Assembly: GCA_950097015.1 (NCBI GenBank)
Contig: CATNEN010000039.1
Span: 9,920,001-9,984,000, forward strand
Direction: 5' to 3'
DNA length: 64,000 bases
Origin: Macrostomum hystrix
Taxonomy: Eukaryota; Animalia; Platyhelminthes
Below are positions 40,001-64,000 of the stretch, one piece after another; positions within the stretch are counted from its first letter, which is position 1; the number at the start of each line of letters is the position of its first letter. The notes under the pieces were generated by a model. The model saw nothing but the letters and a program-made list of their open reading frames with translations, was not told the DNA's origin and searched no databases. The position numbers and the translations under genes are program-made.

Positions 40001-40060
40001 GAGATACCAGTGAAACTCCACTGCTGGGTGCAGTCGTCGAGAGACATCGACTTTTTCTGA
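34023..40060 (+). CDS. Calpain of CAPN5/CAPN6/TRA-3 type (CysPc, domain III, C2), catalytic Cys and His substituted; 9 exons
   Basis: Exons 34023-34058, 34613-35067, 35662-35878, 36504-36682, 36785-36862, 37715-38245, 39044-39168, 39299-39456 (donor uncertain), 39884-40060. Motifs: FQDQDY, FVDPVFP, WRRP, QGERGNAW, VVIDDLLP, EFWSALLEKAYAKLHG, WSGPWSD, DGIFWMS, AGG...NPQY, PGNYLVLPCT, C2-like FYR..PLDIEVF. Confidence 0.9.
34150..34535. repeat. 17-bp near-perfect minisatellite (GGGATCTGGAAGCTATT), calpain intron 1
   Basis: Direct reading. Confidence 0.97.
36079..36425 (+). mobile_element. SINE family A copy, 5'-truncated, in calpain intron 3
   Basis: CCAAGGTCCCTGAGTTCGATTCC, family body, T/TTA-rich tail. 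Confidence 0.85.
37115..37700. repeat. 30-bp minisatellite (CCATCATCCTCCAACTCACCTGCAGCCACC), calpain intron 5
   Basis: Direct reading. Confidence 0.95.
38290..38860. repeat. ~34-36-bp minisatellite (AATGGGATAAAATACCCCCAGACACCACTGCAGA), calpain intron 6
   Basis: Direct reading. Confidence 0.9.
39472..39813. repeat. 22-bp minisatellite with internal palindrome (GTGTGTTAGACACACATTCTGG), calpain intron 8
   Basis: Direct reading. Confidence 0.96.
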
Positions 40061-40125
40061 GTAGAAGCTGAATCGTATTTAAACGCAATTTAATTAGAAG
40101 AACAAAGATCACAATGGGTTGTTGT

Positions 40126-40690
40126 TTTAGTAGTCCTTGCTTAGTAGTCCTTGTTTAGTAGTCCTTGTTTAGTAGTCCTTGGAACAAAGATCAGAATGGG
40201 GAAGAACAAGGATCAGAATCGGGAAGAACAAGGATCAGAATGGGGAAGAACAAGGATCAGAATGGGGAAGAACAATGATCAGAATGAGGAAGAACAATGA
40301 TCAGAATGAGGAAGAACAATGATCAGAACGGGGACGAACAAGGACAAGAATGGGGAAGAACAATGATCAGAATGGGGAAGAACAAGGACAAGAATGGAGA
40401 AAAACAAAGATCATAATGGGGAAGAACAAAGATCAGAATGGGGAATAACAAGGATCAGAATGGGGTAGAACAAGGATCAGAATGGGAAAGAATAAAGTTC
40501 AGAATGGGGAAGAATAAAGATCAGAATGGGGAAGAACAAAGATCAGAATGGGGAAGAACAAGGATCAGAATGGGGTAGAACAAGGATCAGAATGGGAAAG
40601 AATAAAGTTCAGAATGGGGAAGAATAAAGATCAGAATGGGGAAGAACAAAGATCAGAATGGGGAAGAACAAGGATCAGAATGAAGAAGAA
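40126..40690. repeat. 14-bp (TTTAGTAGTCCTTG) repeat then ~21-bp purine-rich array (GAACAAGGATCAGAATGGGGA)
   Basis: Direct reading, downstream of the calpain stop. Confidence 0.9.
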
Positions 40691-41211
40691 AAATAAGGAG
40701 AACTGAACGATGAAGCTCTACGAACAGAGCAGTGAGTGAGTAGAAGTTAGACAACAACAAGATTGAGTTCTTGTTGCTTACTCTGTTAGAGCCCAACAAT
40801 ACGTTAATAAAAGCAAATACTGGTGCCTGTACTGTACTTTTTTGAGTTCAATTTTTTGCAAATAAAGAATTTCAAATGGAAGGCGTTTATTTTTCGTTGA
40901 GTCCTTAATTATAAAATCTAAAATCTCGTATATCATAAAATATTTGAATTTAATTCAATGAGACACAGACAGGAAGACAGAGACAGGGTACTCCTAATCG
41001 ACCAGCGATGCATTGGTCCCAACTCCTAGCCAATAGGAAGAGTCGGACATTGACTGAGATTGGCAAGGAGGCACTAAATCAAGCAGCCAATGAAGTGCTT
41101 GGCAATCCATGCTTTCCATAATAGAATACTGCCCACTGCATCAAGGATGCAGTAGGCTAAGATCAAACATAGGCTTCGCCTTAGTAACGGTTGTGACCAG
41201 CCCTGATTACA

Positions 41212-53141
<11,930 letters not shown>

Positions 53142-53570
53142 AGTTCAAAATTTTCGAGACCGAGGCCTTGTCGTGGAACTCTAGGACAGACTCTTGGAGT
53201 TTTTCCGCGAACTATCCCGCAGGAACTTTTCGCGCCGAGATGTGCAGGCCGAGTGCACTTTCGACACGTTGCAATTTGACGAGTTCAGTCAATACTGCAT
53301 TCATAATTGTGCGATTGTGGCAACAAAACCACCTTTAATGCCCAAACTAAATCTCATAATTGTGCTTTGTCTTGCAATTGTATTTATTAGTCTGGCAATT
53401 CATTTTGTATAGTATACGCTCGTATAACTTGCGAAGCGACCGCTTTGCGTATAGCTTTGCTTCGCTTTTTGTCATCATTTTTGTCTGGATTTCTACGAGT
53501 TTCGTATTTTATTGTTTTCAGTTGTAGAGAAATTCTGTAAACTTCATAAAGGAAACCAAAGTAAAATTTT

Positions 53571-53700
53571 CGAGTACTGGAGACCTGAGCACTGGAGACC
53601 TGAGTACTGGAGACCTGAGTACTGGAGACCTGAGTACTGGAGACCTGAGTACTGGAGACCTGAGTACTGGAGACCTGAGTACTGGAGACCTGAGTACTGG
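53571..53700. repeat. 15-bp minisatellite (GAGTACTGGAGACCT)
   Basis: Direct reading. Confidence 0.95.
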
Positions 53701-55929
53701 AAAATACAAAAAGGACGTGAAAAATTATGCAACTTGCATTACAAAATCACGACATTGGTTTAATGCCTAAGTTTTACACAGACACGGAATGACAGCTTTC
53801 GATGTACATTTATTTTCAAATGAATCGTGACAAATGGTGATAAATCTTCGTTGCAGCAAATAATGTGTGGGCCATGCATCTGCATAGAGAAATTCCAGTC
53901 GCATTATTTATTAATCGAATGCGATTGATCACGCTGAATACAGGTGAAGTTGAGACTCTGATTCGTATAATGAGAAAGAGAGCAGCATTTTGTCTGTCTG
54001 TCTCTCATACTGGCCGGTTTTAATTGAAAGTACACTCAAACCGGATTTTGAGCTCACACTTCTCAAGTATAGCAGCCGATTTCTCCTAATCTGTTGGTAT
54101 GCCGCGGCATACGCGTGAGCGGGACACAAATTTACAAAAAGGGATTTCCACAATGTGCACCTGCATGGCCAATCGATTAGCTGTCACATGATCTCGCTTG
54201 CTTGTCATCTATACGCCATGTAGCGCGCCTTGTGCATACATCCGCCCTTAATTGTATACTAATCTCTAGCGGTTTTGAATCTATGCAATTTTTTAAATCT
54301 CGTTGTGAAATGCTTTTTTAGATGCACACGACACATGCATGCAGTTCTCGCTTGCTTCATTTTAATTTGTGATGACTTTTTCGCTGTTCGAGATCTACGA
54401 AATGCACTTTACCTTTGCGTGCCTCATCTCACTCACGCAATAAAACCGGGGGATCGGATTTGACAAGCGAAATTTCCACTTCTCAGCAGATGATTCATTT
54501 ATTATTGCAATAATTCATGGATTAAAAGAATCAGAAATGTACGTGTCTAAATTGATGTCAGTATTTTTTGTCGTCTTCGTTTTTAGGCCCCACTATATGA
54601 TTCTAAACAGAAATGGTCTTTTCGAGCCAAAGGGAATCATTTAGTGCAGTATTAACGGATTTTAGAGTGAGGGTACAAAGCAAGTTGAATTAAAACACGA
54701 TGCAGCATGACAGTACCTTAACGAGAGACACAAGAAGGGGCGAATGAGATCTCGTCACGGAAGTTAATTACGGTTCTCTCTGAGAGCTCATTGTGTACTG
54801 AATCCATAGCTTACAGCTCTTTTTCCTTTACAGAATGTACTTAAGAAAGGAGGAATATTAGTTGTACTGTACGAAATGCTCAGCAACAGTCAAAAGTCTC
54901 GCCTTTGCTATTCTTTTAAACCGCAAAGCTAGAGTTATGGAGGAAAAAGTGCAGCAGCTGTACCTGTACATCGCAAACGCCCTGTGAGGATATAACGCCC
55001 TTGAGAGAATCTCTCTCTCGATGATGCAACTCGCTCTTAACCAAAGTAAATCAAGATATCGACCGCTATACAATGCCTGGCATATTATCAAACTCGCTGA
55101 GTTTTCAGTTTCTAAGGTCTTATAAGACCTTTCCAGATCTATTTGTAAAAATAGACCTGAACCTTGCTTAAAAAAATCGTTCGTAATTACTTAAAATATA
55201 TTCATTAATGCTGCGTCTCAATAAAGTCTTCGTCTTTTATTTTGGATTAGTACTTTAATATTGTACTTTAATACTACTCACTTTCTAGTTAGAATTACCG
55301 AGTCGTCGAACCTATTGAATAACAAAATCGTGTCGTGAAACGGTGTATTAGAAAACTGCCGTTTATTTTATCGACAGCGTAACCTAAATTAGCTTAACTT
55401 ATTTTAACTTAGCTAAAAAGCAAAGCAACTGGTCTAAAAGTTTTTTTAGAAAATAACAAACTTTTAAACTTTTTGTTATACTTTAGACACATATGTAACT
55501 ACTTTAGACTTTGATTCGAACTACTAATGAACATTTTATAAGAAATATAAAATGAATAATAGCCCATACTACTACTACAACGTATTAAATAGTAAATCAA
55601 TATATATTTTTCTCTTTATATGCTCGTGTCTTATCTTTTAAAAAGCAAAACTTTTTTTACTGGCTCGGTACTGTATAATCAAATAACGTACTAACTAAAA
55701 GTACTAAATTGGCGTATTGCTGACAAAGTTGTGTCATTCGTCCTAACATTAACGATCAACAAACTTGTACAGGTTGTTGTTACCTAGTTAGCTTGTTACC
55801 TAGGTATCAAATAAAACTTATTTGCTGTCCCTTTGATTTTCTTCGAAATTATATATATATAGGCCTATATATATTCCAATAATTGGCTCCATTGCTAGTT
55901 CAGTTTGAAATTTATTAAACAATTTCAAT

Positions 55930-58900
55930 ATGGAGCTTAGTAGTATTCTAATGGAGGGTCCTTTGAGTAAGTGGACAAATCTTATGAATGGTTGGCAGTT
56001 TCGTTGGTTTGTTTTGGATCGCTCAACAGCCTTGCTGACTTATTACACAGTGAGTATGAATTTTAATGACATTTGCTGCATTTATTTTCTTGAACCTGAT
56101 TCCTTAGTTAAAGCATTTAAAGAGTTAAGCAATATCAGCCTGTTTAAATCCTATCTGCCATAAGTCCTACCTGCAACAAAGCAGATTTTTTCTATAGAAA
56201 TTGTTTCATTTTAAATAGATGTGCGATTCTTGGAATAAATTCCTAGACTTGAGTTCTTTTTTTTCTAGAATGTCAAATGACCTATAACAACAACATTTAT
56301 AGCCTTTGACAATTATGACTATCTGAATAAATAAATAAATAACCAACAACAATATATGCCAAAGTTAGAGCTAGGCATCAGAATACATTTCTCAAGGATT
56401 TTTTGCACAAATAGGCAAAGCTTCTAGTAGTGTCTAGGGTGCAAGCATCAACTGACAGGTATGCTGCAAAGTCTACACTTGCCCTTTCCTACACAGCCTG
56501 GAGGCAGTACTTTTTGGTACAAAGCAGGTTGCCTGCCAGCTGTTGTTGTTGATGTCATAGAAAAATTATTTAAATAGTTTCTAGCTAGTCTATTGACCAT
56601 GTTTGGGGTGAGAGGCAAAGCAGTTATTATGTCTGCCCCTCTCACCAAGGTCCATGATCTTAATTCTGTGGCAAGGCCATGTAAAAATAGGCACAGCTGC
56701 ATAGAGAAGGCATGGTGACTTATCATGTGATTTACTTCCCTGAGGGCCAACCTCCAAAGCACAATGAGAGTGTACAATACCTGATAATCCATAGTCCAGA
56801 TAATGTAGTTTATGCCAGAAATTTCTAGTGTAAAATTTGGATGCCAAAATGATGTTGGTATAGTGGATACATTAAATTTCAAAACAAAAAACTTGCATAT
56901 ATTCTGGTATAAATTTAATGTTTCAAAAGTTTGGAAAGGGTAAAAAAACAAGTCATTTAGTAGCACAACTTTGGTTGCAACTTTTGCAATTTTGTTGTAG
57001 AAAGTAAACTCCACAAACATTTTGTAATTTTTCAACTTTTTGTTGTTTCTTACAAAGTTTTGTACATACGTATTGTATTTCATTTAGTATTTACATTTTC
57101 ACCCTATGTTACTGTTCATAAATTTATTGAATCACAAATGTAAAGCACTAATTTATTGCATGCTTATTATTTTTATTATTATTTTATTGAAAAATTAAAG
57201 CATCTGTTTAAAAGACAATTTAATGCAAAACACTGCATATTTTCTTCTAATTTCTGGGCATCCTTTTTTGATTGGCAAATATGGCATTAAGCTTTGGGGC
57301 CAGTTTTCCACTTGATATAAATTGTTGTAGAATGAAGATGGCATGTCAAATTTCTTCTGTCATATCGCCAGCATGATCCTGATTAAGGCAGACAATAAGA
57401 AAGTAAATGCAGATGTATATATATAGTATATATGTGTGTGTGCTTACCAGTCAGCACAATGGGCAGAATTGCTTCTGGTGCTGACTGCAGCCTGCAGGTC
57501 TAGTTTCACCAAATAATGTCACCATTGCCTACACCCCTCTGGCAAGTATTATTATTACTTTATTATGTGCCTATATCTATAGCTATTATATAGTAAGGCA
57601 ACATAACAGTAGACAGTAGTATACAGTAGACATATTATATGCTTTTTGTGCATACTGTTGAAAACTTTGCTGTTTAGCACTCAAGTTTTTTCGATAGCTA
57701 TATAATATAATGTAGAAAATCTATGAGCTGTGGCTATTTATTATTCTAGCAGATCAGTGAATAGCTATTTGAGCTAATCTTCATTAGCAACAAATGCTTT
57801 TTAATTTCGCTTGTATCTTAAAGAATGTCTAGAACTCTTTGCATTGCATTGTTATAAATACTCGTATTTTACAGACAAATACAATACAGGCATGATTTTC
57901 TGTCATTCTCTCCCATTACTGCAAACAGACGGTTAAAAATACAATACAATGTCTAGTGCTTGTTTTAAAAAATAAAGAGCTGATGCATATTTCTTCGTTT
58001 TTTTACCTTTAGCCTCTAAATTTTACATTTATGGTATTGCTAAAACAGCTAAAATTCGATTCGCAGAACAAATTTTGCTCACACAAAACTTTAACTGTCA
58101 CTTATGCAATACATATATATTTAATATATGCTATTTTAATCCATACTTATATATTTGACAATTTTCTTAAACACAGTCTCGCGACAAGATGGTTCGTGGC
58201 GAGCGTCGAGGCTGCGTCAAACTGCGCGGCGCCCTCATCGGCATCGATGACGAGGATGACAGCACGTTTACAATCACCACGCAGGATAGAAAAGTGTTCC
58301 ATTTTCAAGTGAGCGAAACCATGCTAACCACCAGTGATTAACATTGGCATTTAATTATTTATAATTATAATTATTATTTCAAATACATTGTAGTCCAGTA
58401 TCTTAGCACTTAGAGCTTCGATAATCTGAACGAGGGGTCGAGAGTTCGTATCTCAGCTTAATGTAAATAAATAAATTCTACATTGCTTCAGTTCACCCAG
58501 CTGTAAAATTGGTACTATCATTACATCAGACTAAAACAACTGTACACAGGCTTTGGAAGCCCTGACTGTCTTATAATAAAATTTATATATGTAAAACACG
58601 CTACTTATAAAGTAGTGCATATGCACCATAGGGGGTGAGTGGGGTCAGCGGCTAGTGTCGCTGCCTCACTTTCCAATGGTCGCTGGTTCGTTCCTCCCTC
58701 CAAGTCACGATTATTTCGGGGCTTAGTTGGAGGTTTGCGAAGTAGTGACTTGCGGAGATGCACCTTATTCTGTGCAACCAAAGCTAATTTAAAATAGCTT
58801 CACCCCTGCCTTCTGCATGCCTGCTTGTTTGCGTTTGTGTTTGTGCGTTGTGCCGGGTGTGAGGCGCTGTATGGGGGTGGGGCGGGTGTGCACCAGCCAT

Positions 58901-61900
58901 GCGTGCTCTGAGCGGCGAGGTTTCACCAGCCGTCTGCGCGCGTGGCTTGGTCCTCTCGTCCCTACCCTTCAGGCATCTAAGTCCTCCCCTGGTTTGGTCT
59001 GCTCTGTGCGTGTGCGGGCCTGGGGTGAGAGGCACTCCGGCTGCCGCCCCCATCCCCGCTTGGCTTGCGGCTGTGTGAGGTGCCTGTGTCCAGGGTTCCA
59101 GATGGCGCGATGGGCGACTCACGCCTAGTTCGCCGGCCTGGGGGCATGCCGTTCCTGCGCTTGTGCGTCAAGTGCCCCAGGCCCCCTGCAATAAAGTAAG
59201 TAAAAAAGCATATGCAGCATGTTAAATAAAATAAACTTTTGTAATCTTTTTCTAGGCACGCGACGCTGAACAGAGGCAGCGCTGGCTGGACGCCCTTGAG
59301 GAGACGCTGGTTCTGCACTCGGACCGTAGCCTATTGCCGCAGGGCGCGCCGCGGCGCCATCACCATCATCACCGCAGCTTCCAGCAGACTCAGCAGCGCC
59401 AGGGCAATAGCCAGAAGCAGCAGCAGCGCAATCAGAGCCAGCAGCAGTTGGGCCAATTGCAGCAGCAGAGGCGGGAGCTTCAGCAGCAGCAACGCCGCGA
59501 CGCCGTCGGGTCGTTCGATCGTCGATTAGCCGAGAGCGACGCCTACCTGCAGATGCTGATTGATCAGGAGCGCCAACTGGTAGCCAGGGTTGGATCCCTC
59601 ACCGCAGATGCCGAGCGGGAACGGGCCGGCCAAATTCTTGACAGCCTGCGCCAGGTGATCGAACTGGTTAAGCAGACAATTGTTGCCCTGCAGATGAGCA
59701 AACAGGTGAGTCTATTGTATTGTGCCTGTTCTGTCTGTTCAGGGTGACTGCCTGTTCAGGGTGTCTGTCAGTTCAGGGTGCCTATTAGTTCAGAGAGTCT
59801 GTCAGTTCAGGGTGTCTGTCAGTTCTGGCTGTCTGTCTGTCAGTTCAGGGTGTCTGTCAGTTCAGGGTGTTAGTTCAGGCTGTCTGTCAGTTCAGGGTGT
59901 CTGTCAGTTCAGGCTGTCTGTCAGTTCAGGGTGTCTGTCAGTTCTGGCTGTCTGTCTGTCAGTTCAGGGTGTCTGTCAGTTCAGGCTGTCTGTCAGTTCA
60001 GGGTGTTAGTTCAGGCTGTCTGTCAGTTCTGGCTGTCTGTCAGTGTCAGTTTAGGCAGTCTGTCAGTGTCAGTTCAGAGTGTCTGTCAGTTCAGGGTGTC
60101 TGTCAGTTCAAAAATAACAATAGCAGTAGTCTATAGGCAACTGTTAAGATGCGAACTCGGACCCATGACTCTTGCAGGACCTCATCAGCCCTCTGTATTC
60201 TGGCGCTCAGCAGCTGCCGATTCCGCCCGGCCTGGTTATCTCATCCGACGCATTAGTTGAAGGCGAATCAATTTTCTATGATAACCCAACTGCAGCAAAC
60301 TCGGCAATCCGCGGCGCCTCTGCTGCCGCACAGGCGTCAGTTGCCTCGCCAATGCAGGCGGCTTCGGCTGCCGATCTGGCCGGCTTTGCCTCGCGTCAAG
60401 TGGCCGCCGCCGCTGCCGCTGCTGCTGCTGCTGGCGGAGCCACCTCTGTGGTTTCTGGGGGTTAGTGCCCTCTCACTCTCTTCCCCATCTTTTCCTTCCC
60501 CATCCTTTCCTTTCCCATCCTTTACTTCCATATCCTATCCTTCCCCATCAATTACGTCCCCATCCTTTCCTTCCCCATCTTTTCCTTCCCCATCTTTTCC
60601 TTCCCCATCCTTTACTTTCCCATCTTCTCTTTCCCCATACGTCCCCATCCTCTCCTTCCCCATCCTCTCCTTCCCCATCCTTTCCTTTCCCATCCTCTCC
60701 TTTCCCATCCTCTCCTTCTCCATCCTTTCCTTCTCCATCCTCTCCTTCCCCTTCCTTTCCTTTCCCATCCTCTCCTTTCCCATCCTCTCCTTCTCCATCC
60801 TCTCCTTCCCTATCCATTCCTTCCCCATCTTTTCCTTCCCCATCCTTTACTTTCCCATCTTCTATTTCCCCATACTTCCCCATTCTTTCCTTCCCCATCA
60901 ATTGCTTCCCCATCAAGTGCTTCCCCATCAATTGTTTCCCCGTCAAGTGCTTCCCCATCAATTGCTTCCCCATCAATTGCTTCCCCATCAATTGCTTCCT
61001 CATCAATTGCTTCCGCATCAATTGCTTCCCCATCAATTGCTTCCTCATAAATTGCTTCCTCATCAATTGGTTCCCCATCAATTGCTTCCGCATCAATTGC
61101 TTCCCCATCAATTGCTTCCCCATCAATTGCTTCCTCATCAATTGGTTCCCCATCAATTGCTTCTGCATCAATTGCTTCCCCATCAATTGCTTCCCCATCA
61201 ATTGCTTCCCCATCCTTTCCTTTCCCATCCTCTCCTTTCCCATCCTCTCCTTCTCCATCCTTTCCTTCTCCATCCTCTCCTTCTCCATCCTTTCCTTCTC
61301 CATCCTCTCCTTCCCCATCCTCTCCTTTCCCATCCTCTCCTTCCCGATCCTTTCCTTTCCCATCCTCTCCTTCCCCATCCTCTCCTTCCCCATCCTCTCC
61401 TTCCCCATCCTCTCCTTCCCCATCCTTTCCTTTCCCATCCTTTCCTTTCCCATCCTCTCCTTCTCCATCCTTTCCTTCCACATCCTTTCCTTCCATAATT
61501 CTTTCTCTCCCCACTATTTTCCCCTAATTTTCTATCCTAAATTCCTTCACCACTTTTCCTATCTTTTTTAAATCCCCATCTTTTCAAGCCTTTAATCCTA
61601 AATTTAACATTGTGTCACATTCAGATGCCCAGCCTCAGCGCCGTTCCTCGGACTCTGGTGCCACCTCCTTAGCAGCCGCTGCCGCCGCCGCAGCCGCGGC
61701 AGCCGCCTCCAACGCTCTCATACCTGCCACCAGTTTCTCCAGCGAAGACGAAGACGAGGATGATGATGACGACGAGTTCTACGATGCGGAGGAGGGCGCC
61801 ACAGCTGCGGCAGCTGATGGTTTCAACAGCGCAGCCCGTTCAGTCTTTGTGCCGGAGGTCATAGGCTCTGATGACGACTGCAACTATGACGAATTGTACG

Positions 61901-64000
61901 ACGACATGACCGAATCCAACCTGGGCAACCTTGGCGACAGCGAGCACGGCTCCGTGATTGGCCATCTGATCTCTCAGGTGCGCATCGGCATGGACCTGAC
62001 CAAGATTGTACTGCCCACTTTCATATTGGAGCGGCGAAGTACTCTGGAGATGTACGCCGACTTTTTGGCCCATCCGGACCTCTGGGCAGACATACCCAAC
62101 CACTCCACACCGCGGGACAGAATGATCGCCTGCCTCAAATGGTATCTGAGCGCCTTCCATGCCGGGCGTCGCTCAGCTGTGGCTAAGAAGCCATACAATC
62201 CGATTCTAGGTGAGTGCGATCTGTGTCCGTCTGCTCCTGCGATTCCTCTGTTAGGGATCCGCTGATTCTTCAGTTGTGTCCGCTGATTCTTCAGTTGAGT
62301 CCGCTGATTCTTTAGTTGAGTCCGCTGATTCTCCAGTTGAGTCCGCTGATTCTCCAGTTGTGTCCGCTGATTCTTCAGTTGAGTCCGCGGATTCTCCAGT
62401 TGTGTCCGCTGATTCTTCAGTTGTGTCCGCTGATTCTTCAGTTGTGTCCGCTGATTCTCCATTTGTGTCCGCTGATTCTTCAGTTGTGTCCGCTGATTCT
62501 TCAGTTGTGTCCGCTGATTCTCCATTTGTGTCCGCTGATTCTTCAGTTGTGTCCGCTGATTCTTCAGTTGTGTCCGCTGATTCTCCATTTGTGTCCGCTG
62601 ATTCTTCAGTTGTGTCCGCTGATTCTCCAGTTGTGTCCGCTGATTCTTCAGTTAGCACCACTGATTCTTCAGTTAGCACCACTGATTCTTCAGTTAGCAC
62701 CACTGATTCTTCAGTTAGCACCACTGATTCGTCAGTTAGCACCACTGATTCTTCAGTTAGCACTACTGATTCTTCAGTTAGCACCACTGATTCTTCAGTT
62801 AGCACCACTGATTCGTCAGTTAGCACCACTGATTCGTCAGTTAGCACCGCTGATTCTTCAGTTAGCACCACTGATTCGTCAGTTAGCACCACTGATTCGT
62901 CAGTTAGCACCGCTGATTCTTCAGTTAGCACCACTGATTCTTCAGTTAGCACCACTGATTCGTCAGTTAGCACCACTGATTCTTCAGTTAGCACCACTGA
63001 TTCGTCAGTTAGCACCACTGATTCGTCAGTTAGCACCACTGATACTTCAGTTAGCACCACTGATTCTTCAGTTAGCACCACTGATTCTTCAGTTAGCACC
63101 ACTGATTCTTCAGTTAGCACCACTGATTCTTCAGTTAGCACCACTGATTCTTCAGTTAGCACCACTGATTCGTCAGTTAGCACCACTGATTCGTCAGTTA
63201 GCACCACTGATTCGTCAGTTAGCACCGCTGATTCGTCAGTTAGCACCACTGATTCTTCAGTTAGCACCACTGATTCTTCAGTTAGCACCACTGATTCGTC
63301 AGTTAGCACCACTGATTCTTCAGTTAGCACCACTGATTCGTCAGTTAGCACCACTGATTCGTCAGTTAGCACCACTGATTCGTCAGTTAGCACCACTGAT
63401 TCGTCAGTTAGCACCACTGATTCTTCAGTTAGCACCACTGATTCTTCAGTTAGCACCACTGATTCTTCAGTTAGCACCACTGATTCTTCAGTTAAGTTTT
63501 CGTTGATTCTTAAGTTTTTCTTCATTTTCAGGCGAAATCTTTCAATGCTACTGGGATACGGCCTCGGCGAAAAGGCTTCAGAAGAAGCAGCAGCAAAGCA
63601 GCCAGGAGCAGCAGCAGCAGCAATCTGATGAGCAGTCTGCGCAGCAAGGTGCGGCGGGTGGCTCAGCGGCCGCCGCCGCCGCGGCGACGAACGGCCCCGT
63701 GCCCTGGGCTCCGGCCGATTCCGTCACCTTCCTAGCCGAGCAGGTATCGCACCACCCGCCAATCAGCGCCTTCTACGCAGAATGCGCCTCCGGTCGAGTC
63801 ATGCTAGACGGCTACATTTGGACTAAAAGCAAATTCTTGGGCCTCTCAATTGCCGTACAGATGGTCGGCCAGGCTGTCATCTCTTTATTAGACTACGACG
63901 AAGAGTACATTGTGACATTCCCGTCTGGCTACGGCCGGTCCATCCTCACCGTGCCCTGGATTGAACTGGTTGGCAAATGCCGCATCGAGTGTCCACGGAC
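55930..64000 (+). CDS. OSBPL9: Oxysterol-binding protein-related protein 9 (PH, FFAT, ORD); continues beyond window end
   Basis: Exons 55930-56049, 58177-58308, 59256-59705, 60178-60460, 61625-62209, 63532->64000. PH domain [33 protein letters not shown]; FFAT-like EFYDAEE after an acidic tract (~61774); ORD motifs [36 protein letters not shown] (63738-63761). Confidence 0.94.
56606..57560 (+). mobile_element. Old, diverged SINE family A copy split by ~600 bp of AT-rich DNA
   Basis: 5' half 56606-56783 (GGGGTGAGAGGCAAAGCAG..TGAGGGCCAACCTCCAAAGCACA); 3' half ~57390-57560 (AGAAAGT..GCAGATGTA..ATGGGCAGAATTGC..TATTATTA). Confidence 0.65.
58400..58520 (+). mobile_element. Degenerate CORE-like SINE relic
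   Basis: B-box-like GAGTTCGTATC then CATTGCTTCAGTTCACCCAGCTGTAAAATTGGTAC, resembling the CORE-SINE central domain. Confidence 0.5.
58631..59207 (+). mobile_element. tRNA-derived SINE, family B, full-length (~575 bp), in OSBPL9 intron 2
   Basis: A-box-like TGGGGTCAGCGG, B-box-like GGTTCGTTCC, GC-rich body, tail AATAAAGTAAGTAAAAAA, 13-bp TSD gcatatgca(c/g)cat at 58617-58629 and 59208-59220. Confidence 0.75.
59730..60110. repeat. Degenerate minisatellite (GTCTGTCAGTTCAGGGT), OSBPL9 intron 3
   Basis: Direct reading. Confidence 0.9.
60480..61495. repeat. 15-bp CCCCATC-based arrays; a CATCAATTGCTTCCC array is embedded in a CATCCTCTCCTTCCC array (OSBPL9 intron 4)
   Basis: Direct reading; embedded array ~60895-61212. 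Confidence 0.93.
62258..63493. repeat. 21-bp compound minisatellite (CTGATTCTTCAGTTGTGTCCG then CTGATTCTTCAGTTAGCACCA), OSBPL9 intron 5
   Basis: Direct reading; switch at ~62650. Confidence 0.96.

Noticed and set aside
55850-55876. Palindrome ATATATATAGGCCTATATATAT before OSBPL9
   Set aside because: Explained by self-complementary (AT)n runs; no evidence of function.
56448-57083. 211-aa minus-strand ORF
   Set aside because: AT-rich intronic DNA overlapping a decayed SINE; no domain motifs.

Overview
Eukaryotic (animal) genomic DNA. It has GC-rich spliced exons, AT-rich intergenic DNA and introns heavily expanded by micro- and minisatellites. The architecture resembles the flatworm Macrostomum (inference from style only). 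Seven spliced protein genes form two divergent blocks. Minus strand: TGFBRAP1/Vps39-family (13 exons), GMPPB, NDUFAF5 and the 5' end of a taspase-1-like gene. Plus strand: a calpain-5/6-type calpain that has lost its catalytic Cys and His, an alpha-arrestin, and the 5' part of OSBPL9/ORP9. Between the blocks lies a transposon-rich region: a hAT (Buster/Charlie) relic with a nested long-TIR mariner derivative, and a young 5'-truncated I/Ingi-type LINE (APE-RT-RNase H) inserted in a CAG microsatellite. At least two tRNA-derived SINE families and CORE-like SINE relics are present. Main points of interest: intron-private tandem arrays anchored on splice signals, a candidate operon, the pseudo-protease calpain, and a full-length structured SINE with an HDV-ribozyme-like motif. 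Most long ORFs in the supplied track are translations of tandem repeats. Exon boundaries were read by eye.
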